Positions 27,703 to 42,059 of a stretch of 64,000 nt of DNA are shown piece after piece. The notes below the pieces were generated by a model. It was not told where the DNA came from. It was given only the letters and a program-made list of their open reading frames with translations, and searched no databases. Location of the stretch: NCBI GenBank assembly GCA_951406725.2, contig OX597814.1:148180001-148244000 (forward strand), written 5' to 3'. The DNA is from Octopus vulgaris. Taxonomy: Eukaryota. Each line of letters opens with the position of its first letter. Within the stretch, counting starts at the first letter, position 1. The translations under genes and the position numbers were made by a program.

Positions 27703-28107
27703 ACTCTCTCTTTACTCTCTTTTACTTGTTTCAGTCATTTGACTGCGGCCATGCTGGAGCACCACCTTTAGTCGAGCAAATCGACCTCAGGACTTATTCT
27801 TTGTAAGCCTAGTACTTATTTTATCGGTCTCTTTTGCCGAACCGCTAAGTTACGAGGACGTAAACACACCACCATCGGTTGTCAAGCGATGTTGGAGGGA
27901 CAAACACAGACACACAAACTCACACACAAACATATATATATACATATATACGACGGGCTTCTTTCAGTTTCTGTCTACCAAACCACTCACAAAGCTTTGC
28001 TCGGCCCGGGGCTATAGTAGAAACACTTGCCCAAGGTGCCACGCTATGGGACTGAACCCGGAACCATGTAGTTGGTTAGCAAGCTACTTACCACACAGCC
28101 ACTCCTG
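27703..28107 (-). mobile_element. SINE family A copy
   Basis: Near full-length reverse complement of 9749-10144. Confidence 0.88.
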
Positions 28108-28713
28108 GTCATTATAAATTGACATCGAACTCTACTGTGGTGCTGGGCTTTATTAGTGTGCTATCAATGAGCTTTCAGGAAAGTGAAATATAACGTTATA
28201 TTTCACTTTCCTTCCGTTAAGTGTAATGTCATTTCTTCTTGGAAACATCTTTCTGTGGCTATACTAGTAACGGAGCTATTTTTAGCACTAGAGCTATCCA
28301 CATAGTGGTAACTCTCTTATAATTTATGTATAAATTTGTATTATCTCCATAGTTTTATGTGATAAGCCACTTGGTGCCAAATTGATGCTATTATTAAATT
28401 AATATCAAAATTTTCACCTTCATTTATATATATACGTTCTTCACTTGTTTATAACTATTAATATTATAACTAATGTCCATTGTCTGGAAAACTTTCGTCA
28501 CACATATATGACCCCTATGCGACACTTTCCGTCTTCGTGTATACTCTTCATCAGCTTATTCTATTCTCTGATTATTCCAATGGAATAAGTAGAGAAAGAG
28601 AAAAGCGTCGCTTAGTAGGTCACAGATGTGTGACGAAAGATTTCCGAACAATGGACATGAGTTACAATACGAACAGTTATAAACGAGTGAACAATATATA
28701 TATATATATATAT

Positions 28714-29353
28714 TTAAAATCACAATAAGGGTGAAAAAATTGAATATTAATTAATAACATCAATTTAAAACACCAAGTGGTCTAGCGTAAAAAAACTGTG
28801 ATACATTGAAAATTATTAATACAAGCAATAAGAGAGGGACCACATGTGGTCACTCTAACGCTAGAAATAGATCCGCAAAGGGAGTCCACCACTAAAGAAT
28901 TGTTCTCAAGCAATAATTCAACACGCCAAGAAATGTAAGCGGGCAGGACAAATGAAAAGTAACGAAAAAAGAGATTAACTCTATATAATTGTTTCATCGC
29001 TAATAGATTGTGTAATTTTACTTACAAATCATTTTCGAGTCATCGGTAGAGTATATCAAAAATATAATTTGCTGAACCGCACGCCAAAATCCATACGAAG
29101 CCGAGCAAAGGCGAACGGCACAGCCAATTATACTTGCAGTTACGTTCAAATATCCTCATTTCTGGCGCGCTGAAAATACCGGATGTAAATACCACCCCAG
29201 TAATTTACTGCCGGTTTGAGAGCATATTAATTTATAATTAAAATCACAATAATTAAAGTTGAATTAATGCTTGAATTCTTTAGTGGTAGATTCCCTTTGC
29301 GGATCTATTTCTAGCGTTAGAGTGACCACATGTGGTCCCTCTTATTGCTTGTA
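28714..29353 (-). mobile_element. HHR-bearing 524-bp unit plus inverted segment (Penelope-pLTR/retrozyme-like)
   Basis: TTAAAATCACAATAA recurs at 28714 and 29238; 29258-29353 is an inverted copy of 28820-28922; (TA)n on both flanks. Confidence 0.75.
28978..29052 (-). ncRNA. Type I hammerhead ribozyme, slightly degenerate
   Basis: Minus strand: ACTCTA, CCGATGA (one core change), (C)TCG..CGA(T) with inner hairpin, GAAA, CAATTA, TA, TAGAGT. Confidence 0.7.
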
Positions 29354-29411
29354 TATATATATATATATATAAACATACACACACAGAGACACAAAAACAC
29401 ACACATGCATA

Positions 29412-29486
<75 letters not shown>

Positions 29487-30356
29487 TTCAAAGGATTAGG
29501 TCTAAAATGGGGTAAAATTAGTAATGGCTAATTGCAATAATTTATTCTCTTTAAGATCATGGTGTGGAGCGTCAGTAACGTAACATATCACTCTATCTAT
29601 ATATATAGCTCTATATATCTTTTTCTCTATATATTTATCTGTACCGATCTGTCTTTATCTATTTATAGCTATCTATGTATATATCTATCTGTCTGACTAT
29701 CTGCCTGTCTGTGTGTCTATCTATTTTTCTATCTATCTTTGTATCCAGTTATCCATCTATCCATCTTTCTACCTATCTATTTACCTAGATAGCTAGCTAG
29801 GTTTCTCTCTCTTATTTGTCTTTCTACTTACCTAGCTATCTCTCTCTCTCCCACACTCACCCTCTGTCTGTCTGTCTCTGTCTCCGTCTTTCTATCTATC
29901 TATCTCACTCCCTAATGTTTTCACTTTCATTTTTCAGACGCTATTGTTTGCACATTCAATTTTAACACGCCATTGTGTTTCCACTTTAACTGCAATCGTT
30001 ATTGTTTTGACAGTAAGTTTACGTTTTTAATCGCTATTTATGACAGAAAGAAGTTCACAATTTGTGATGTAAGTAATTTCATAATTTACTGAGAGAAGTA
30101 CGGTTTTGTGTTTTTCTGTTGCTGAGGGTTTTTTGTTCTGGTACCTTCGATACTGACTCTTTGGTTCACTAAGTGACAGATTTCGCTTCAATCCGTACGG
30201 TACTTTATTTTCCCTTACAATTTCTTGTTTGCTTTTTGCCCGTCGTATTAAGAAGCGTAATTTCCCGTTTCCAAGTTATTTTCATCGCTTACAATCTTCT
30301 GCGCATGCGTATTTCTGTATACGTATATAACCACGCTTAGAAGAAAAGTATCAAAT

Positions 30357-31640
30357 TTGTCTATAATATCAAGATCAGCCAAAAAAATGTTTCTGTCCAG
30401 GGAAAGAGAGACAGCTGCAGAAAGGGAAGCAATCCAAGATACGAACAGACTGTGTACTACAAACATCAGAGCATCTCAAAGTGACGAACAGAGGTATGCA
30501 CGACTGACAAGAAATAGGATCTCCACTGCAGAACGAAAATCAGTTGCAACAGCTCAGAGAAGCAACTTCTATGAAGCAGCGTGCTATAGAGCAGCGATCC
30601 AGCAATTCGTTATGCAAATGACACTAGAGTTTCCATTGCTGCAATGAGAGCTGTGTGCATATATTGTAAAGCAAGGAAGTGACCTGGGGAAACACCTGCA
30701 CTATGCTTCAGTAGAGGAAAGATTAAACTCCTGCAATACTCCAACCTTGAAGAAACTGGTGTCAACCACTGCCCAAAGTTCCAAGCACTTCCAAAACAAA
30801 ATGACACAGTAAAATGCTACACAACATATCATATTATTTGGAGCCATAAGAGATATAACTGAGACAGGATTCATGCCAATTTTGAAGGTCTAAAGGTCAG
30901 ATTTATCATGGGATTGTCTCTACTACCTCTGTCAAATGAATCACTAAAATTCCATCAAATATATTTTATGGATGATTCTGAACAAGACGGGTAAGAAAGA
31001 TGCAAGAACACGTCCGGCATCAGGATGAACAATGTAGTGTCTCTGCAAAATATGCTGCATAACAACAACTACCTGATCAGAAGCTTCAAGACTGCGCTTG
31101 AAACAAATTCACCACACTCCATGGATTAGAAGGTAGTAATCAGATCAGGCAAGAAATCATATGTTCAACATGGAGGGATGTTTAAAGCGCATACTGCAAA
31201 GGAAATAGCTGTGCTTCTGGTTGGGCAAGAACATGATAAGTGTGATATTGTCGTCCATCTCAGAGACAGCACACTGATGAGGATTTCCAAAACACACAGA
31301 TCCAATGATGCACTAGAATATCCATTGCTATTCTCTTATAGACAAGATACTTAACACATTGATATTAGATGGACAAACTCCTCAAAGCGAGTTTCATCCA
31401 ATGATTTCTATGCATTCCACATCATGGTCAGGAATCAAGATTCAAACCACATCCTACATTGTAAAGATTTGTTCAGTCAGTTCATTGATGACATGTATAT
31501 AAAAATTGAAAGTGAACGATTACTCTACTTGAGACTGAACCAGAAGAAATTGAAAGAGGAATCATATGCACAACTTCAAGATGCAATCCTGAATGATCAT
31601 GATGTCTCCAATTCATCACCTTTCGTTTTACCGTCTGTTG
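30357..31640 (+). pseudogene. Helitron Rep/helicase N-terminal region, decayed
   Basis: MRAVCIYCKARK*PGETPALCFSRGKIKL, GFMPILKV*/GQIYHGIVSLLP and LFSQFIDDMYIKIESERLLYLRLNQKKLKEESYAQLQDAI...VLPS match Helitron_like_N-region motifs; many stops. The element probably extends left to about 29480. Confidence 0.88.
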
Positions 31641-33018
31641 TGTCAGTATCAATATAATATTCAATAAATGGGTCTCAGTCATATAATGGGTTCTATGCAA
31701 TTCATTTTTATCCAAGCAAGAAGGACAGCGGCAGAGACGAATTGCGAGGAACGGATGTTGTCTTAAATATGTGAACCTGTCCCGAATGTTTGCACCAAAA
31801 TGAAATCTGCTAAATACAACCAAAAATCAAGTGGTGGTGTGAAAAAGATAAGCTTAGTCTATCACTCAAAAGAAAAGAATACAAGGAATCGGAACTTATC
31901 TCACGCTAATCAACCAGCAAGGAACGGTGCTTTATAGATCTATCACAAACGTGCGAAAAATTTTACCATGAATGTGGAACCAGAGCTCAGAGAGCTGGAA
32001 TAAAATATCGCAAGACAACTCTGCTGACGTTCTAGAAACCAATCTACAATCTTAGATTGTTACTAAAATTTAGGGAAATTCCAAGGATAGATATTCAAAG
32101 GAAAGCAACATTTTGCTGGGCAGGATTTGAATTCAAGTCCAACAGAACTAGAACTAATAACGCAAGCCATTATTTATTAGATGCTTCGCCTTGGTTCTAT
32201 TAATCACCTATTTTAGCGTCCGTAAGACGAACTGGAAAACGATCGAAAAGACATTCAAGCAGGGGAATTAGTCCGAAAATACTTAACAATGAGTGGACAC
32301 AGTTAAAGGGCCTTAGAAACCTGATGCCAGCGGTACAATTATTTGGCGTCGTATTGATGTAAGAAACCAATAACAATACAATAAAGGCAAAGGTCATAAA
32401 GACACAGAAACTGAAGAACGCAAGAATCAGTCAAGTAAATATTATAAATATAAAAGGAAAATAAAAGAATCAGAACATAATCGTAGGATTTAGTATGCAG
32501 AATGAAACAATTAAATTAGAGATTATTGTGATATATATTAGTAAAACTCACAGACAATTATTTTAATTGGTTGATAGAAAAAAGAAGAATCAACAATAAA
32601 CAGAAAAACAATGGATATAAATTGTTTACGTAAGCCGCTGGGATTTTAGAAATAATGTCAGAAAAGTCAATAAATCAATCATACATAGATACATACATGC
32701 GTACACACATTGACTAACAAAAGAGTATGTACACACACGCATACACACATATACACACACACTGGCATATCGATATATAGATAAATAGATATACAGATAC
32801 ATACATACAGCGATTGATAGATACATATGTGTTCGTTTATAGATTATTGGTCCCATATACACATATATATGCATATATATTTATGAACGTATATACGCGT
32901 GCACATACAGACAAACATATATACACGCATACATATTATATATAAATGCACATATATACATGCACATAAATATACATACATATGGATACGTATACATATT
33001 TGTATGCATATGTATATA

Positions 33019-33054
<36 letters not shown>

Positions 33055-33375
33055 TTACCTACATACATATATATGTATGTGTCTGTGCATATATATATGC
33101 GTGTGTGTGTGTTTGTTTTTGTATGTGTGTGTCTGTGTGTAAATACTCGTACATAGACTCACAATACATTGAGAAGAACATACATATACACACTCACAAA
33201 AATACACGTAAACATACATAAATTATTTTTACAAGCAAAAAACAAACTAAGAAAGAAAAATTATTTTTATAGTGTACGCAGTCAGTCAATTTTCAGTTAT
33301 TGTTTGAATGATTTTATGGGTAATTATATATAAAACGTATTCGATAATACATATACACACATACAAATTTCATTG

Positions 33376-33412
<37 letters not shown>

Positions 33413-35599
33413 AGTGTGTTTGATTTACACTCAGTAGATCTATTTGTAGTTGATATTTACTTACATCAGTCTGTTTTCAGTTCAAATTCCACTGAGGAAT
33501 TTTCGGGAGATTTGCATTTTTACATCCTGTCGTCTATAATTTCAATATATCTCGATGTAATCAAAACCCGTGTACTACTAATGCCACAATTCAATGACTG
33601 CGACACGAAATATAAAATGATGCACAATACGTATGCTTATGTATTAATATTTATATACATATATATTTCGTAACCATGTACATATTAACACCGATTTATA
33701 TATATATATATATATATAAAACAAATGCGTATCAATTGTAAATGCATGTATATATTTTATTCATACATGTACATGTATGTAAGGATCTTTGTATATAGGA
33801 TCAGAAATGAATGCTTATGGCAATAAGTAATCACTTCCATCCTGTATCGTCGTAAGATCATGGACAACCTCATCGGTTTAATCACTAGAATAGCATTTTA
33901 TGGAAAAAGAAACCGTGCTAGAGAAGGCGAATAACACAATATACGGTGAAATGCCGTCTACGAAATCCTGCACTGGCTTATACAGATTGAAGACAGTGAA
34001 TGCGTAATCTAGTAATCCATTCAGTTGATGGAAGACTACAAATTTTAAATACTTTTGTGTTATTGGGTTAATTTCGTTGTCAATGTATAGAAAGGGACTA
34101 GTCGTCGAGTTGGACGTGTTTGCCTATATTAAGATAATGGCGTTCCTGCTGTGCAAGTGTCCGTCACTGTAATCTCTGTAATGTATGGGTACAGTTTAGC
34201 TACCGGAGTGAACCGTGCCTCTCGTTGGTAGTACGGTTCATCAGCGAATATTTCATAAAGAAAACAACATATTAAACAGTTTTATCCATATTAGGCTTTT
34301 AAAATCCTTTGGCAATATGTGCCTAGAGAAATATACTGATGTGACGATTGGATGCATGCTCTCTCAAAATTGCACATTGGGCATAAGAGACGTACGTAGT
34401 ATTATATATGTATATACGAATGTATGTATGTATGTATGTATGTATGTATGTATGTATGTATGTATGTATGTATGTATATGCATGCGCATGTATAAGTTTG
34501 ATTATTCGTTCTATTTTCAGTGTCTGTATGTATGTATGTATGTATGTATGTATGTATGTATGTATATATATATGTATGTATGCATGTTTGTATATATGCA
34601 TGCGCATGTATATGTTTGTTAATTAGAGTTTGATTATTCGTTCTATTTTCAGTGTCTTTGTGTATTCGTTTAGGGAATAATGAAGAGTGTGAAATATTTG
34701 GGATTCGGGTTACTACGTCTGTCTTTACTATTTGCAAAATACTATCTTTGATCAGATATTTCTAATATAATGCTGTTATGGTGGATTTAGCATTGTGGAA
34801 TTTTGGTTTCATTATGTAGTTTGGTTTCCTCAATGATATTATAACATTTCTTCTGTTTTTTAATAAATGCTGCTGTAAGTTTGTGTTGCATGAAAAATCG
34901 TGAACGTTATCGAAATAGGAAGAAGTAATGTTTGCATGGGCGGCAGTGATTTACTTCAACAGAATTCTGAAATAAAATGAATGCAAGAAAAAAATTAATA
35001 ATTGATAATAATTTTGTAAATTTATGTATTGAATATAACAACAATCTAAAAGTGGAAATAGATTAATAATTATAATAATTACATAACAGGCGAACTATTT
35101 ACCGAGTGATCAGCGAAAGAAGTCTCCGAATGTAAAACTGCTGCTAAACTTTTAGCAGCTATAAAGAAAATACGAGATATTAACCACTATGGACTTAATG
35201 AAAATAGATGCACACATCAGTGTCAGCTGAATGAATCAAGTTATTTACGTTGCTTCCAAAGCAGTCAGATGACAATGCAGTCTCTTCAGTAAAACCACAC
35301 ATAATAGTACTAAATCTAACGAAAAATGTTGTAAGCAAACATACAGAGAACGATAAACAAATAAAACCAAAATTTTTCAATCCTCAGTGACATCAACAAA
35401 GAAGAGAAAAAAATGAATAAAATACGAATACTACGGAAACAGAAGATAACACAAATGAAGATATCAAAATCAAAGAACAGCGAAAACAACAGATCTATGC
35501 TAAATCGCTACCTTTCCATCGTTATAAAATTTGTCAACGATTCTTTGGAGAAAACAAATTGTGTTGAATCCAAATTAGTTACAACAGCTAAGTAAAATC

Positions 35600-36350
35600 A
35601 AAAATAGGAAAATAACAATAAGTGAAGTAGAATTTTTCGTGAGGAAGAGAAGGAAATACTGGTGGAAAATCGAATGGGAAATATTTTTCAAAAACGACAG
35701 GAGCAAAAAAGCGAATAATCACGGCAAGAATCAACTACACAAGAAGTGACCCAGGCATTACAGAACTTGAACTATCGGAAATCAATAGAAAATGATAAAG
35801 TTCTGAAACTTCAGCTAACATATCTAACATAGATACGCACAAAAATATTTGCAAATATAACCAAAGATGAAGATGGAATAATCAGACACCAAACCAGAAT
35901 TTCCTACCAAGGTAAAATTCATATTTACACAAGAATCTAGCGTAAAGTCTGGAACTACAAAATGTAAAATGATAACATAAAATCACCTTAGTAATGCTAC
36001 CACTACTATTAGAATTATTCATAGAGAACCATTTTCTATCAAACAGGCAAATGTCATTGAAAAGCTTTGAAGAAAAGGTCGCGGCACAAATAAACGTAAG
36101 GCCTCTAAAGACTCTCTATACTAGCAACAAAATGTGACAAGCCTGGCCCTTCTCAATTTTGCCAGCTGCGTGGACTGGAACAAGGTGAAAAAATGGTTTT
36201 ACTCAAGGACACAACGCACTGCCAATGGTTATATATATAGTGACTGTGGCCATGTAATTCCAGGAAGACATCAGATTTGGGGAAAACATCCAATCCCACT
36301 GCCAGGTGCAAATAAACGGATGAGACCACGAGAAAGACTGTTCAACACGC
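35600..36350 (+). pseudogene. Heavily decayed LINE reverse-transcriptase region
   Basis: TTQEVTQALQNLNYRKSIENDKV (EVxxALxxLxxxKSxGxD-like), RKGRGT and ALLNFASCVDW fragments occur in the expected order. Confidence 0.5.
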
Positions 36351-36374
36351 TATGTCGTTTAAAATTAAATTGTG

Positions 36375-36421
<47 letters not shown>

Positions 36422-36449
36422 ATATGTGTGTGTGTGTGTGTATATTTGT

Positions 36450-36857
36450 ATTTACTCTTTTACATGCTTCAGGCATTTGACTGCGGCCATGCTGGAGCAC
36501 TGCCTTTAGTCGAGCAACTCGACCCCGGGACTTATTCTTTGTAAGCCCAGTACTTATTCTATCGGTCTCTTTTGCCGAACCGCTAAGTGACGGGGACGTC
36601 AAAACACCAGCATCGGTTGTCATGCAATGCTAAGGGGGACAAACATAGACACACAAACATACATGCACACACACACATATATATACATATATACGACGGG
36701 TTTCTTTCAGCTTTCGTCTTCCAAATCCACTCACAAGGCTTTGGTCGGCCCGAGGCTATAGTAGAAGACACTTGCCCAAGGTACCAAGCAGTAGGACTGA
36801 ACCTGGAACCATGTGGTTGGTAAGCAAGCTACTTACCACACAGCCACTCCTGCGCCT
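36450..36857 (-). mobile_element. SINE family A copy
   Basis: Near full-length reverse complement of 9749-10144. Confidence 0.88.
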
Positions 36858-37073
36858 TAGTTATATATGTATATATATATATATATATATACATACACAC
36901 ACGGACACACACACACACACATATCTAAGAGACAATGGTGTCATTGAGACCCAATGATGTCAGGTAATGCTGGATAAGTGCTATAGACGGACCATAGTTA
37001 AGTTTCAGATTCGGTAATATTGCGAATAAAGAGTTCAACATTGGTTCTATGTCAGCATGTATATATAAGACGT

Positions 37074-37189
37074 TTTTGCGTAATAAGATAAAAAAACCAA
37101 GGCTGTATAGATATTAGAGCATTTATAGATAGAAGGTCTTCTATCTATAAATGCTCTAATATCTAAGCCTTGGTTTTATCTTATTACGC

Positions 37190-37193
<4 letters not shown>
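37074..37193. repeat. Near-perfect ~120-bp palindrome
   Basis: TTTTGCGTAATAAGATAAAA..AGATATTAGAGCATTTATAGATAGAAG-GT-CTTCTATCTATAAATGCTCTAATATCT..TTTTATCTTATTACGCAAAA. Confidence 0.9.
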
Positions 37194-37220
<27 letters not shown>

Positions 37221-37221
<1 letters not shown>

Positions 37222-37583
37222 CTATATAAACGGCAGTTTGTCTGTGCGTGTTTCTGTGTGTCTGTTTGCTTGTACCCTCACTCTGACCACGGCTTTCAAC
37301 CGATTCTGATGAAACTTATAGCCCAATGTCATAATTCAAAACTAACGCAGCGAAAATTTTGTAAAGTTAGTTCTGAAAAAAATCGATAAATTCGACATGG
37401 GGTCGAGAATCAGAAACACAAACCACAAACTATCTAGGGGACGCAACTCCACCTTTTTTAACTCTCAAAAAAAATTTACCATCATTTTTTCCACTTTTTG
37501 GCTATTTTTTGGCTATAACTCTCTAAAAATGCTTTATAGTTATTTCCCTTACAAACCTGAGCAACGCCGGGCGATACTGCTAG
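37221..37583 (+). mobile_element. Complete non-autonomous Helitron
   Basis: 5' TCTATATAAACGGCAG, subterminal GC hairpin CCTGAGCAACGCCGGG, 3' CTAG, inserted between A and T within (TA)n, no TSD. Confidence 0.85.
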
Positions 37584-38755
37584 TATATATATATATATAT
37601 AAACATTTGGATGAATACATGACTATTTCTGAATAATATACAGAGTGGACCTTATACGAATGTCTTAGAATATGCACCGTTATCGTCGGAACCAGACAGT
37701 AATAAAAGAAAGTAATAACACTAGCAAATTGTTTGTCAGTCTCCAATGATATCAGAATATTTTATATAGGCGTAATATGTATAATAAGTAGGAAATCTCA
37801 ACTCTGTTACCTGATTGCAAGGTCGACGTCTTCTTCGATTGAATAATGTCACTATATATGATGTCTTGGAGAAGGATGCCTTTTGTTGCTTCTGTTTCAT
37901 TCGTTCATAGTCTAATGGTGATGGACACTTTTGGGATAGCACCTGATAAATCCTCTTATTAACATTTGTAAGAAACTCGAAAGAGATATATACACACAGT
38001 GTAATTACATTTGTTGCTTGAATAAGCAGATGTGGAATGATATCTTTAGAATAAGATATTAAATGGAAAACTTCAAGTCACCTGCGCATAACAAAGATAT
38101 TTAAATGGATGGTAAATAGAGCGCTTATAAGTAACAGAAATTTGGCGTAGTGGATACATACTCACACAAGGATATATATTAATTAAGAAATTAGAAAAGA
38201 TCAGGAGTTATGTAGTCGAAACAAGTGTTGAAGTTAAGGGCTGAATGCACCCTTCACAACTTATGGATTCCTCGAATTAAATAGCTCTGTGTACACAAGC
38301 ACTCACACTTGAATGCAATGCAGCTTACAACAAATATGAACTTACGCTAAGGGTAGTGTTTTCGTAACTCTTTTATCACTTATTAGTTGATATTATGTAC
38401 TGTATTCACCTAGTGCTTTGCTTCAAACTGTGCATAGTGATTTAACGACTGGTGAATAGTACTGTTATGCGGAAAATAAATCACACACACAAACACGTCT
38501 GTAGTGAGTTTTATGTGTAACTATTTGTAAAGCCAATTTAAGATTAAATTGAAAATATTGTTCATTACTTTTAGTAGACTATAGATGTAATACTTACATC
38601 AGTTTTTACAAAAATATTTAACAGCTTTTGATGCTTCGGTTTGAGAGCATTTATCGAGGCTTTGCGACGGAGCTTCGATATCAATGTTAGATATTTCCTT
38701 AAAATGTGAGAAGAATATATACATGAGTGTGTATATATATGAATATATACATATA

Positions 38756-38837
<82 letters not shown>

Positions 38838-39232
38838 TGTGTGTGTGTATGTATGTATATATATGTATATATAATAGAAATATTATTATTTCTAAGTCTC
38901 TCTAAAGGAGACTATAGCAGCAGTACTGGTCATTAATATTTATCGACAAATTAATATGGCAGTCCAGAAATATGGGACGAATGCTGTCGTTGATTTGCTC
39001 CAAGAAGCCATCACATCAAGCTAGCTATATGAAACACGAACCTGTGTCCATTATAGCCTTGGAACAGGAGAGGTTAGCCGCTTCCTCTTGCTGGCCAGGC
39101 ATCCGCAGACTAGTTTCAGGGTATTTGCCTTTTATCAATGCTGGGTTCGGCTGCTCTGCACCGCCGTTAGCTTTGCGATATATACATACCTACATACATA
39201 CACATATGTATGTATGTATAGTATATATGTAT

Positions 39233-39297
<65 letters not shown>

Positions 39298-39301
<4 letters not shown>

Positions 39302-39955
39302 TTGTACGACTCTATTCTTTCTTTCTATCAGACCTTTCACGCTTATTCGTTCATTCCACTCTTTGTTCTTTCGTTCCCCCTCTCTCATATTTCCCTGCCT
39401 TCTCGTCTTGTTCACTTCCCTCCTCTTTTCACGTCACTGTGTCCCTGTCACCTTTTCTCACTCCTCCTTAATTCTTGTGTCCCTCTGCCTATACTTCTCT
39501 CTCTCTCTTCTCTTCCCACGTGACCGGTGTTCTGCGAAGCCTGATGCTTCTTTCTTGGTTTGGCGGTCGTCCGTGCAACATCTACATTCCTCCCTGTGCC
39601 TGTAAAACCCTGTATCCCTGCCGTAAGGCTTTATTTCCACACACGCCAGTTTAATTTAATTTATCTTTAGTCGACAGACATCTTTTGTTTTGTCCTGTTA
39701 TTTGTATTTGTGTAAATTCTCCATTTTCCCGTCCTTGTTTTCGTATATATTCGCTGCTTTCTTCCAAGGAATGTAATGTTCTTAGCTTAGTTTTTCCTTG
39801 GGACTTGCCAGATTGGAGCAATCTCTAGTTTAACCAGCCGAAATTGCAAACATAGTATGTTACTTGCCTGAGGAAAGAAAACTCCGAATGACCCGTCCTT
39901 GTTTTCTTTGTATCGTCTATCTGGATGTTTTCTGTTCTTGTCTCATTTTGTATTA
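39298..39955 (+). mobile_element. Unclassified non-coding interspersed repeat between (TA)n tracts
   Basis: Pyrimidine-rich body; 3' part homologous to 16188-16372. Confidence 0.55.
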
Positions 39956-41194
39956 TATATATATATATATATATGCACACTTTGCACATAACACTCACCC
40001 TACATACTCTGCACATATATGTGTGTATACCTCTCTCGCTCTTTCTTGATATATATATATATATATATACGCTCACGAACATATACATACATAACCACAA
40101 ATCTTCAAATAATAACTGATAACGAATTTTCGATATAAAGAAACAAAAGAAGAGTAGAATAAAGTAGCAATTTACTGAAACCAGAAAAGAATGCAAGACA
40201 AAAAAATAATAATAAATGACTGACTTATAGTTTCTTTTTTAAAACAATGGGGAAAAAAGAACCTTGATATCTTTTTGATTTACTGTAGCCATAGCAACTG
40301 GTGCTACTTGGTAAAAGGATAAGAATAGAATAATAAATTAACTCGGAAAGACACATTAAAATATATCCAATCTACTATTGTTATAACAAATCACAGCTGC
40401 CTGAAGTAATATACAGCGGCGGACAAGTTTAAGAGATAATTATTGATTTCTACTTTTGGCGGAAAGCCAGAAATTTTGGAAGAGATGGGCGTACTCTATT
40501 TCAGTGTTCGCATTCTCAGCATACAACTGACACTTATGGAATCCGGAAGGAAGAAAGGGAAAGCATTCGAACAGGGTGAGATATAAACTTAGAACGGAAA
40601 CGGACGTAACTAAATACTGTATTGTTTGTATCACTTCACTGCCCCGATGTTTCAGATATAATTATTTACTTGCAGCTTTGATATTTGGCCAAAGATTTGA
40701 AAGGAGCTATGCATTTATTGTTATTATTTAGCCCCAGGTAAATCCAGACTGAAAACATATGATTGAATACATTTCAGAGTTGACCACACCCGTTCTTAAT
40801 TCTGTCGCATCATATTTGCGTCTACATAAAGCAATGAATCAGTTTTCAAAATTATAGGGAATGTTTGGAGGGAGATTTGTCTACTATTTCCATCAAGTGA
40901 AGCGACCATATAAACCTTTCCTTGTTTGCAAAATGAATAGCGTAGTTAATGAATATTGTAGTTCATACAGTTGAAGATATAGCAGGATTGGATCTATTTT
41001 GTGGATATCGAGGACAAACCTGATATAAGTGGGATATGGAACTGGAAATGAAAGGTGAGTACTTCTTAAACACCACAAGTTCCTAAATCGCTGAACTGTG
41101 AATGCTGTTGCTTCTGCTATAACGTCGGCCGTATGTTTGGGGGTTATTCATTTACTATGCATATAATAAAGACTATGATTGTACACAAGTAGTA

Positions 41195-41205
41195 TTAGTA
41201 GTAGC

Positions 41206-41294
<89 letters not shown>

Positions 41295-41308
41295 CAACAG
41301 TAGCAGTA
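41195..41308. repeat. (AGT)n microsatellite
   Basis: Direct tandem. Confidence 0.95.
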
Positions 41309-41890
41309 CTCTAGATTGATGAGTTACATTGATTTAGACATAGCCACCTTGTTTATCAGCATTTATCAATCGATTTAACAAAGTCATGTTATCAAAGTGT
41401 GTCTCTTAAAATTTCTTTCTGTTGTAAGCATTCTGCCCAACCCTCAATTCTGATCAAATCTTCTTTCATCTTACTAGTCATGGATGCATTAAAATGCACA
41501 GTGAGCTCTAATTTTCATTCTCTAAATCAGTTAAACTAACCTACATTGTGCGCTATGCAAGAGAGCGCTTTTGATGTAAGTCACATGAAGTGGCAATGTA
41601 ATGTCTAAAACCGATAATATTGTGTAAATTCTCACTTCAAGGTTTGGGATTAACTGGCGTTGAAAGCAGGGTTGGTGAGATACAATTGTAACTGAACGTT
41701 TAAGATGTGTTTCTCTATCTTATTATTGGATTATACTTTTCTATTCTCTAACAAACACAACAGATTTACTGTCGTGAAGCCTTGGTTTTCTACATCTGAT
41801 TAATTACGGTATTAATCTGGAATCCGACAGTGTTGATATCACAGAACATGGGTTGAGTGCTGCTCACCTATTGTTATACCGCACCAGGTT

Positions 41891-41983
<93 letters not shown>

Positions 41984-42059
41984 TATATAGCTATATATAT
42001 ATACATATATACATACATATATATATATATTAATTACATATATACATGCATGCATACAT

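Noticed and set aside
34196-34250. Minus-strand CTGATGA with ACCGT/ACGGT stem and CCGG
   Set aside because: GAAA is absent and stem I is unconvincing.
34474-34656. ~50-bp direct repeat between (TATG)n tracts
   Set aside because: Best explained as a slippage-mediated local duplication.
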